A stretch of 64,000 nucleotides of DNA. Source: Chitinophagaceae bacterium (GTDB lineage Bacteria > Bacteroidota > Bacteroidia > Chitinophagales > Chitinophagaceae). Both the position numbers and the translations under genes were made by a program. The notes under the pieces were generated by a model. That model did no database searches. It saw nothing but the letters and a program-made list of their open reading frames with translations, and was not told the origin of the DNA. The first letter of the stretch is position 1, and each line of letters opens with the position of its first letter. The stretch covers positions 1,462 through 65,461 of the forward strand of contig JAJTFY010000003.1 of NCBI GenBank assembly GCA_021299175.1, read 5' to 3'. Positions 56,807 to 64,000 of this stretch are shown here, piece by piece.

Positions 56807-58096
56807 ATGTATCCCAACCTTTATTTTTTCCTGAAGGATGCGCTAGGCATTGACCCTCCGGGTTTCACCCAGTACATCAATACTTTTGGACTGCTGGTAG
56901 CCATCGCCTTTGTGGTTGCTGCCATCATTCTCTCAAAAGAGTTGAAACGCAGGGAACTTTCAGGTCTGCTATCACCAATAGAAGAAACCATTCTAGTCGG
57001 AAAACCTGCCAGCAAGGCTGAATTGTTGTTCAACCTGGTTTTCGGATTCATCGTCGGCTATAAAATTTTGGGTGTTTTCCTCAATGACAGTCAGGTAAAT
57101 CCTCAGGAATATATTTTTTCCTCAAAAGGAAGCCTTGTTGGAGGATTGATGCTGGGAGGTCTTTTTTCCTGGTTAAAATACCATGAAAAGAAAAAGCAGT
57201 CTTTGGCAAAGCCAGAGGAAAGAAAGGTGAAAGTATATCCCCATGAAAGGGTTGGTGACATCACAGTATATGCTGCCATTGCTGGTTTTATTGGTGCAAA
57301 AGTTTTTGACAACCTGGAAAACTGGGACAGGTTTATCCAGGATCCTATTGGTAACCTACTTGCTCCCAGTGGCCTGACTTTTTATGGTGGATTGATCGTT
57401 GCTGCCATTACGGTCATTCTTTTTGCAAGAGGTAAAAAGATAGGAACCAAGCATTTAATAGATTCCGCAGCACCAGCATTGATGATTGCTTATGCCATTG
57501 GCAGGATGGGTTGTCATTTTTCAGGAGACGGAGACTGGGGTATTTTCAATAGTGCCTATAAAGTCAACGAAACCAATAAGATAGAATTGGCTATGCCTGG
57601 TGATTTTGACAAATCCCTTCTTCAATATCCTGAATACACAAGGCAACTTGTTGCTGAGTACGGCAGCATAGACAATATTCCGCATGCTTCTTTTGAAGGT
57701 TCTTCATTTCTGCCCAATTGGTTCTGGGCCTATAATTTCCCCCACAATGTCAACGGGGTAGGAGTGCCAATTAAGGATTGTACAGGAAACTATTGTGCAC
57801 AACTCAGCCCACCGGTTTTCCCAACCACTTTGTATGAAATCATTGCCTCGACATTGCTTTTCATTTTGCTCTGGACAATCCGAAAAAGAATTGTAGCTCC
57901 AGGCAGGATGTTTGGTTTGTATCTGATGTTAAACGGCATAGAACGTTTTCTCATAGAAAAAATACGTGTCAACTCAACCTATGATCTGTTCGGTATGCAT
58001 CCTACACAGGCTGAACTTATTTCGGTATTGCTATTCATTTTCGGTGCCTGGTTATGGGTTGACTCAGGCCGGAAATTCACCTTAAATACTAAATAA
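56807..58096 (+). CDS. lgt: prolipoprotein diacylglyceryl transferase, expanded form
   Basis: 429 aa. Lgt-like TM layout, FGLLVAIAF N-terminus, central IGRMGCHFSGDGDWG (variant of GRxGNFxNxE) and C-terminal GRMFGLYLMLNGIERFLIE. Confidence 0.75.
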   Translation: MYPNLYFFLKDALGIDPPGFTQYINTFGLLVAIAFVVAAIILSKELKRRELSGLLSPIEETILVGKPASKAELLFNLVFGFIVGYKILGVFLNDSQVNPQEYIFSSKGSLVGGLMLGGLFSWLKYHEKKKQSLAKPEERKVKVYPHERVGDITVYAAIAGFIGAKVFDNLENWDRFIQDPIGNLLAPSGLTFYGGLIVAAITVILFARGKKIGTKHLIDSAAPALMIAYAIGRMGCHFSGDGDWGIFNSAYKVNETNKIELAMPGDFDKSLLQYPEYTRQLVAEYGSIDNIPHASFEGSSFLPNWFWAYNFPHNVNGVGVPIKDCTGNYCAQLSPPVFPTTLYEIIASTLLFILLWTIRKRIVAPGRMFGLYLMLNGIERFLIEKIRVNSTYDLFGMHPTQAELISVLLFIFGAWLWVDSGRKFTLNTK

Positions 58097-58104
58097 CCTT
58101 TCCT

Positions 58105-58596
58105 ATGCCTTCATTTGATATCCTCAGTAAAGTAGATCCCCAATTGCTTGATAACGCAGTAAATGTTACCAAAAAAGAGGTAGCCAACAGATTTGACTTC
58201 AAAGATGCTGTGGTTGAAATTGATTTCAACAAAAAGGACATGAAGCTTGCCCTTGAAACTTCAGATGACATGAAAATGCGTCAACTTGTTGAAATCCTGA
58301 TCAACCGAGCCAACAAGCAGGGCATTTCTCCCCATGCATTTGACATGTCCAAAGATGCTTACCAAAGTGGCAAGACTGTCAAACAGGACATCATCGTAAA
58401 AAACGGATTAAAGCAGGAAGATGCCAAAAAAATCAATAAACTGATCAAAGATTCAGGACTCAAGGTACAATCTCAGATCATGGATGATATCCTCAGGGTT
58501 ACAGGCAAGAAAATAGATGATCTTCAGGCTGTTATGCAAGTTTGCAGGACTGCTGACCTGGATTTACCCCTCCAGTTTGAAAACATGAGGAGCTAG
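58105..58596 (+). CDS. yajQ: YajQ-family nucleotide-binding protein (UPF0234)
   Basis: 163 aa. MPSFDILSKVDPQLLDNAVN...RFDFKD signature. Confidence 0.9.
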   Translation: MPSFDILSKVDPQLLDNAVNVTKKEVANRFDFKDAVVEIDFNKKDMKLALETSDDMKMRQLVEILINRANKQGISPHAFDMSKDAYQSGKTVKQDIIVKNGLKQEDAKKINKLIKDSGLKVQSQIMDDILRVTGKKIDDLQAVMQVCRTADLDLPLQFENMRS

Positions 58597-58631
58597 TTTA
58601 GACCAAACTGATTTTTTACCTAAAAAAACAG

Positions 58632-58639
58632 TATATTTG
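58632..58639 (+). promoter_or_regulatory. -7 promoter box TATATTTG for rpmE
   Basis: TATATTTGCAACTTC is an exact TAnnTTTG match, about 50 nt upstream of the ATG. Confidence 0.45.
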
Positions 58640-58690
58640 CAACTTCATAAATGTCATGGCCAAATCCATGCAGCCTAAAAAATCAATACA

Positions 58691-58939
58691 ATGAAACAAG
58701 GTATCCATCCAGACAATTACAGATTCGTAGTTTTCAAAGACATGAGTAATGGCACTTCATTTTTGACACGTTCAGCTGCTCAGTCTAAAGAAATGATCAA
58801 ATGGGAAGACGGCAACGAATATCCTGTCATTAAACTTGAAATTTCTAACACCTCACACCCATTCTTTACCGGTCAAAACATCCTGGTAGATACGGCAGGT
58901 AGGATTGACAAGTTCAAAAAGAAATACGCAAAGAAGTAA
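58691..58939 (+). CDS. rpmE: 50S ribosomal protein L31, type B (no CxxC zinc ribbon)
   Basis: 82 aa. [26 protein letters not shown] is characteristic of type B. Confidence 0.9.
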   Translation: MKQGIHPDNYRFVVFKDMSNGTSFLTRSAAQSKEMIKWEDGNEYPVIKLEISNTSHPFFTGQNILVDTAGRIDKFKKKYAKK

Positions 58940-58946
58940 TTTCAAC

Positions 58947-58975
58947 AAACCCTCCTCAAGGAGGGTTTTTCTTTT
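58947..58975 (+). terminator. rho-independent terminator after rpmE
   Basis: 9-bp stem AAACCCTCC / GGAGGGTTT followed by a T-run. Confidence 0.7.
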
Positions 58976-59005
58976 GCCTTCAAGGTTGTAGCTTTATCAT
59001 TACAC

Positions 59006-60058
59006 ATGCCCAAACTCCTTTTACAATACAACGATTTTCAAAAGGATTTCCTTCCGCTTACACTCACAAGACCATTTATCGATCTTAGGGTAGGAATATT
59101 AACGGTAGAAGACAAATGGCGGAAATTGGCATTGTCTCAGGATATTGAACTGGAGATAATTGACGATGATGCATCAGCTGACTTCATTTGGGATGCAAGG
59201 TTGATCCCAAAGTTTTCGTTGGATATCAAAACTTTTTTTGAACATAAAACTGCCCCCGACGATTCTTTTTTTTCAATAAAAACCCCTTGGGATATTATCC
59301 AGCACAATATATTATTGGTGTTGGAGGATATTCATTTGCTAAAGAAAACATTCATCGCCAATCCTCAGCTTGATCAGGTTTCAAAAAAAGGAATTCATTC
59401 GCTACATATACATCCAACTGCTCAAATGGAGCATTGTTTTATCAATACTCAGGAAGGTCCTGTAATGATTGATGAAGAAGCATGCATCATGCAAGGGTCT
59501 ATGCTCAGAGGCCCACTCTATATTGGAAAAAGATCTGTGGTCAAAATGGGCTCGGCATTGTATGCAGGAACCAATATTGGGAATGATTGCATAGTCGGAG
59601 GAGAGATTAAGAATACCATTTTTCAAGCCTACTCGAACAAGGGACATCATGGTTACCTTGGGGATAGCTATATTGGTGAATGGTGTAACATGGGCGCTGG
59701 AACAAGTTGCTCCAACCTGAAAAATACTGCCGGTGACTTGAAGGCATGGAACATGGATACGTCATCCTTTGTTAATGCAGGAAAAAAAGCAGGCATCCTC
59801 ATGGGCGACCATGTAAAAACTGCCATCAATACTTCTTTCAACAGTGGAACAGTGATTGGTGGATTTTCGAATGTATTCAACCCGGATGCACTGATACCCA
59901 AATACATTGCTCCATTTCAATGGGGGATGGAACATCAATACGATCTCGAAAAGCTATTAGAAGAAGTGAAGCGATGGATGATTATGAAAGGACAACAGCC
60001 TTCTACAACAATACTGGAAGCGATCAAAACATATTACTTTAAAACCAAACAACAATGA
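59006..60058 (+). CDS. GlmU-like protein with left-handed beta-helix (hexapeptide) acyltransferase-type domain
   Basis: 350 aa. C-terminal hexapeptide repeats (IGKRSVVKMGSALYAGTNIGNDCIVGGEIKN...). The N-terminus resembles a degenerate nucleotidyltransferase fold. Stop overlaps the tpiA start. Confidence 0.6.
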   Translation: MPKLLLQYNDFQKDFLPLTLTRPFIDLRVGILTVEDKWRKLALSQDIELEIIDDDASADFIWDARLIPKFSLDIKTFFEHKTAPDDSFFSIKTPWDIIQHNILLVLEDIHLLKKTFIANPQLDQVSKKGIHSLHIHPTAQMEHCFINTQEGPVMIDEEACIMQGSMLRGPLYIGKRSVVKMGSALYAGTNIGNDCIVGGEIKNTIFQAYSNKGHHGYLGDSYIGEWCNMGAGTSCSNLKNTAGDLKAWNMDTSSFVNAGKKAGILMGDHVKTAINTSFNSGTVIGGFSNVFNPDALIPKYIAPFQWGMEHQYDLEKLLEEVKRWMIMKGQQPSTTILEAIKTYYFKTKQQ

Positions 60059-60816
60059 GAAAACAAATTGCAGCAGCCAATTGGAAAATGAACAATACAC
60101 TTGAAGAAGGAACAAAACTTCTCAATGAAATTGTTGGTGCTGATATACAATTGTCTGATAATCAGTTTGCAATATTTGCTGTTCCTTTCCCATATTTAAT
60201 TATTGCTGATCAACAAGTTGGTGATAAATCCAATATGTTTATTGCTGCCCAAAATTGCCATAACAAAATGGCTGGTGCCTACACCGGTGAAGTTTCCGTC
60301 GATATGCTGGCATCAATCCATATTCACTACTGTGTGGTAGGTCATAGTGAACGGAGGGAATATTTTTTGGAAACCAATCAGCAGTTGGCTGAAAAAGTTG
60401 ACCGTTGCCTTGAAAAAGGAATTACCCCAATATTCTGTTGTGGTGAACCACTTGCCATTAGGGAAGCTGGAACTCAAAATGATTACGTTTCGGTACAATT
60501 GAACGAATCCTTGTTTCATCTTGATGCTGAGGCCATTCAAAAGGTTGTAATCGCTTATGAACCCATTTGGGCAATCGGTACCGGAAAAACGGCTACAGCT
60601 ACGCAAGCACAAGAAATGCATGCCCATATCAGGTCTGTATTGTCCAATCAATTTGGTGAGGGAGTTGCCGCCAATATCTCAATTTTGTACGGAGGAAGTG
60701 TAAAAGGGGCAAATGCCAAAGAGATTTTTTCACAACCTGACGTTGATGGGGGTCTTGTGGGTGGTGCATCTTTGATTTCCAGTGAATTTGTTCAAATCAT
60801 CAACGCTTTGAAATAG
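60055..60816 (+). CDS. tpiA: triosephosphate isomerase
   Basis: 253 aa. Motifs AANWKMN, VGHSERR, AYEPIWAIGTG and YGGSV. Confidence 0.95.
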   Translation: MRKQIAAANWKMNNTLEEGTKLLNEIVGADIQLSDNQFAIFAVPFPYLIIADQQVGDKSNMFIAAQNCHNKMAGAYTGEVSVDMLASIHIHYCVVGHSERREYFLETNQQLAEKVDRCLEKGITPIFCCGEPLAIREAGTQNDYVSVQLNESLFHLDAEAIQKVVIAYEPIWAIGTGKTATATQAQEMHAHIRSVLSNQFGEGVAANISILYGGSVKGANAKEIFSQPDVDGGLVGGASLISSEFVQIINALK

Positions 60817-60970
60817 CGAAGGCCGTCTCTTATAAAGTTGAGATACAATCATTGAACATGTCTGTTGCGATCCTGTTATGATATTCCAGGATTTAAGGAT
60901 ACTTAAAATGACTAACTTCGCAAAGCTTTATAAACAGGAACACTAATCGTTTTACCGCTGAACCCATTCG

Positions 60971-62761
60971 ATGAAAAAAATCAGGAATTTCTGCATCATT
61001 GCACATATTGATCATGGCAAGTCCACTTTGGCGGATCGATTGCTTCAAACCACCAATACCATCAGTGACAGGGAAATGATGGACCAGGTGCTTGATGACA
61101 TGGATCTTGAAAGAGAAAAAGGCATTACCATCAAAAGCCATGCCATCCAAATCAATTACAAACACACTGATGGTATAGAATATATTCTTAATCTCATTGA
61201 CACACCCGGACATGTTGACTTCAGTTATGAGGTCAGCCGTGCGCTTGCTGCCTGTGAGGGTGCACTCTTGCTGGTAGACGCAACGCAAGGAATTCAGGCA
61301 CAAACCATATCCAACCTTTATCTTGCCGTAGAAAACAATTTAGAAATCATTCCCGTCATCAACAAGATTGACATGGATGGCGCCATGATTGAAGAGGTAA
61401 AAGATCAAATCATAGAATTGATTGGTTGTAAATCAGAAGATATTCTTTTGGCCAGCGGAAGAACCGGCATTGGTATCGAAGGAATTCTTGATGCCATTGT
61501 CAACAGGATACCTTCTCCAAAAGGTGATCCTGAAGCCCCACTTCAAGCCCTTATTTTCGATAGCGTATTCAATTCTTTTAGAGGAATCATTGTCTACTAC
61601 CGCATCATGAATGGTAGCATCTCAAAAGGAGAAAAAATAAAATTCATCTCAACTGACCAAGACTATGTGGCAGATGAGGTAGGTATCTTGAAACTGACCA
61701 TGCAGGAGCAGAAAAAGGTACAGTGTGGGGATGTGGGATACCTGATTACTGGTATCAAGAATGCAAAGGAAGTAAAGGTGGGAGATACCATTGTCAATGC
61801 CATCAATCCTTCCCCGATGATCAAGGGTTTTTCCGAGGTCAAACCTATGGTTTTCGCAGGAATCTATCCTGTACAGACTGAAGACTTCGAGGAACTCAGG
61901 GAATGCATGGATAAGCTGCAATTGAACGATGCTTCACTGACCTATGAGCTTGAAACCTCACAGGCACTCGGTTTTGGGTTCCGTTGTGGTTTTCTTGGAT
62001 TGCTTCACATGGAAATTATCCAGGAACGTTTGGAAAGGGAATTCAACCAAACAGTAATTACAACCGTTCCGAACGTAAGCTTCATTGCCTACAGCACAAA
62101 AGGGGACATTATTCGGGTAAACAACCCCAGTGAAATGCCTGATCCCACACAAATGAACAATATTGATGAACCTTTCATCAAGGCACAAATCATTACCAAA
62201 CCTGAATACATCGGCAATATCATGACACTATGCCTTGGCAAACGTGGCATGTTGATCAACCAAAGCTACCTTACACAGACCCGTGTGGAATTGATCTTTG
62301 AAATGCCTCTGACTGAGATTGTATTTGATTTTTATGATAAGCTGAAAAGCCAGACAAGGGGATATGCTTCCTTTGATTATGTACCGATTGAATACAGGGA
62401 AAGTGACATTGTGAAGATGGACATCCTGTTGAATGGTGAAAAAGTGGATGCTCTTTCTGCATTGATTCATCGCAGCCGTGCGCAGGAATTTGGAAGAAAA
62501 CTTTGTGAGAAATTGAAAGAATTGTTGCCGCGTCAACAATTCCAGATTGCTATACAAGCCGCCATTGGTGCAAAAGTGGTTGCCCGTGAAAATATTTCCG
62601 CCATGAGAAAGGATGTAACTGCCAAATGTTATGGTGGTGACATCAGCCGTAAACGGAAATTGCTTGAAAAACAAAAAGAAGGCAAGAAGCGGATGCGCCA
62701 GATAGGCAATGTTGAAGTACCACAGGAAGCATTTCTTGCAGTACTAAAATTGGATGATTAA
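60971..62761 (+). CDS. lepA: translation elongation factor 4
   Basis: 596 aa. Motifs [23 protein letters not shown] and NKID, plus the LepA-specific C-terminal domain. Confidence 0.95.
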   Translation: MKKIRNFCIIAHIDHGKSTLADRLLQTTNTISDREMMDQVLDDMDLEREKGITIKSHAIQINYKHTDGIEYILNLIDTPGHVDFSYEVSRALAACEGALLLVDATQGIQAQTISNLYLAVENNLEIIPVINKIDMDGAMIEEVKDQIIELIGCKSEDILLASGRTGIGIEGILDAIVNRIPSPKGDPEAPLQALIFDSVFNSFRGIIVYYRIMNGSISKGEKIKFISTDQDYVADEVGILKLTMQEQKKVQCGDVGYLITGIKNAKEVKVGDTIVNAINPSPMIKGFSEVKPMVFAGIYPVQTEDFEELRECMDKLQLNDASLTYELETSQALGFGFRCGFLGLLHMEIIQERLEREFNQTVITTVPNVSFIAYSTKGDIIRVNNPSEMPDPTQMNNIDEPFIKAQIITKPEYIGNIMTLCLGKRGMLINQSYLTQTRVELIFEMPLTEIVFDFYDKLKSQTRGYASFDYVPIEYRESDIVKMDILLNGEKVDALSALIHRSRAQEFGRKLCEKLKELLPRQQFQIAIQAAIGAKVVARENISAMRKDVTAKCYGGDISRKRKLLEKQKEGKKRMRQIGNVEVPQEAFLAVLKLDD

Positions 62762-63681
62762 CCTTTTTTGACCGGTTTTAATTTGTTTTCATTCAGGGGC
62801 TTTTCTACAGGTGCCTGTCCATCCAATAGTTTGAATGTAAACACTTTCTCTACGTGTAGCCATTTTCCATTGACCCATTTGAAGGCTTCATAATCTCCAT
62901 CTGGAACATAGGTGAATTTTTTGGTTGGTTCATTTGTCTCTGAGATGAGATGATCGTACATGATCATTCCCATTTCTTCGTCGTAAAGTAATCTGCCGTT
63001 GCCATTTTTTTTGAATTCAATCCAAAACCTGGATTGATCTTTTTTTCTTATCGTATCCTGGGCAAAGCTGAAAAATGAGCCTCCAAAAACGGGTTGACCA
63101 TTATCATTAAAATGCAACACTTCAATCCTTTTCTTGGTGCTTCGGATCGAATTTTCATCATACCCCAATAGAGTATAGTATTTTTTCGTGTTGAATTCAT
63201 GCATCAGGATCTTGTAATAAATGGATCCAATCCACCATTCATGATTGGTTACAGTATCCTTTTGATCGTTTATCAGAAAACTACGATCAATCAACGGAAA
63301 TAACTTTAGACTACCATCATTGGTTTTCATTTGAATAGCTCCATGTCTTCTGTGCAAATCTTCATCCCTGCTGACTTGCCATGTAAAAATCCTGAAAGCA
63401 CTATCAGGTGAGTAAAGCCTTGAAATGGTAGTCAGCGAATCAAACGAAAATTGAAAGGAATGGGACGTTTTAAGTGCCCTTACCAGTATTCTTGTAAAAA
63501 AACTGTCTGACCGAAACCTCGTGGCAGCATCAGTCGAAGCAACCATTTGTTGTCCGTAACTGGAAAGGCTGTCTTGTTTTTGAATAAGTATCCTTTCAGT
63601 TTCTTTATTGATCAATGACTGTGCCATGATCGTATTCAAGCAGATAGAAAAAATGATCAGCAGTTGAGATCGTTTATTCAC
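62758..63681 (-). CDS. hypothetical secreted protein
   Basis: 307-aa ORF with a signal peptide ([14 protein letters not shown]). Stop overlaps the lepA stop region. I recognise no family. Confidence 0.55.
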   Translation of the reverse strand: MNKRSQLLIIFSICLNTIMAQSLINKETERILIQKQDSLSSYGQQMVASTDAATRFRSDSFFTRILVRALKTSHSFQFSFDSLTTISRLYSPDSAFRIFTWQVSRDEDLHRRHGAIQMKTNDGSLKLFPLIDRSFLINDQKDTVTNHEWWIGSIYYKILMHEFNTKKYYTLLGYDENSIRSTKKRIEVLHFNDNGQPVFGGSFFSFAQDTIRKKDQSRFWIEFKKNGNGRLLYDEEMGMIMYDHLISETNEPTKKFTYVPDGDYEAFKWVNGKWLHVEKVFTFKLLDGQAPVEKPLNENKLKPVKKG

Positions 63682-63740
63682 GTTAAATATTTATGGATCA
63701 AAAATCGGATAAATTGAATGGAAACAATTGCCTTTGCTGT

Positions 63741-64000
63741 TTATTTAGCAATATTTTCGCTCTTTAGCCTTCTCCAAAAGGCAAGAATTCCTTTTGCCAT
63801 TACAGGCCAGGAATAAGCATTCTTTTGTTTTACGAGGGCAGGAATAAAAAACTCTTTCCCCTTCTGGAAATATGCAAGAATAGCATTCGCGATAGATACA
63901 GGATCCTTTTGCACAACAAGTCCGGTAACCTTATCAATCACCATTTCCTTCAGGCCACCCGCATCTGTTACGATCATGGGTAATTCAAAATGAATGGACA
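63741..64000 (-). CDS. GT4/GT1-family glycosyltransferase, C-terminal part only (5' end outside window)
   Basis: The frame stays open to the window edge. ...PMIVTDAGGLKEMVIDKVTGLVV is the typical GT-B C-terminal nucleotide-sugar motif. Confidence 0.7.
   Translation of the reverse strand, partial: SIHFELPMIVTDAGGLKEMVIDKVTGLVVQKDPVSIANAILAYFQKGKEFFIPALVKQKNAYSWPVMAKGILAFWRRLKSENIAK

Noticed and set aside
58597-58690. Zur-type operator upstream of the type-B L31 gene
   Set aside because: Type-B L31 is Zur-regulated in many phyla, but I see no palindromic operator here. I see only a promoter box and a small 5'-UTR hairpin (CATGG...CCATG). In Bacteroidota the type-B protein is commonly the sole L31.
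1-64000. CRISPR arrays, IS elements or transposases, prophage or conjugative genes, known defence systems, and toxin-antitoxin pairs
   Set aside because: No spaced direct-repeat arrays, no transposase, integrase or recombinase-like ORFs and no terminal inverted repeats were seen. Every large ORF has a housekeeping or envelope assignment or is a lone hypothetical.

Overview
This window reads as a chromosomal, mostly housekeeping segment of an AT-rich Bacteroidota genome. The phylum call rests on several features. Strong genes have TAnnTTTG (-7 type) promoter boxes. The TonB-dependent receptors carry carboxypeptidase-regulatory-like N-domains. DUF4270, GSCFA and DUF5686-type families are present, along with a short GlgA-like protein. 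The order miaB / sigma-54 activator / LptE-like / SecG / MltG / YihY and a type-B L31 also fit. I can support about 55 protein genes, an RNase P RNA (rnpB), one tRNA-His(GUG), several hairpin terminators and a set of promoter boxes. I found no transposase, integrase, CRISPR array, prophage genes or recognisable defence or toxin-antitoxin genes, and no convincing novel multi-gene system. The most unusual signal is that several otherwise highly conserved genes carry medium-sized lesions of tens of codons, not single-base frameshifts. miaB lacks the segment carrying its second cluster cysteine and is out of frame. The adjacent sigma-54 activator lacks its Walker-A N-terminus and abuts the miaB stop codon. 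A TonB-dependent receptor upstream of a fasciclin lipoprotein is split over three frames. A SpmA/SpmB-like membrane protein seems to have an in-frame internal deletion. These could be real gene decay or assembly or scaffold-gap artefacts, and only reads or PCR can decide. Other items worth a second look:
- an AT-rich 1.2 kb island holding an orphan membrane-anchored repeat protein and a promoter-equipped 49-aa membrane peptide
- rnpB starting about 3-6 nt after a stop codon with no promoter of its own
- an rpmI-rplT operon without infC but with a structured leader of about 95 nt
- two perfect palindromic operator candidates, one of them Fur-box-like
- G8, C8 and G7 homopolymer tracts inside envelope genes
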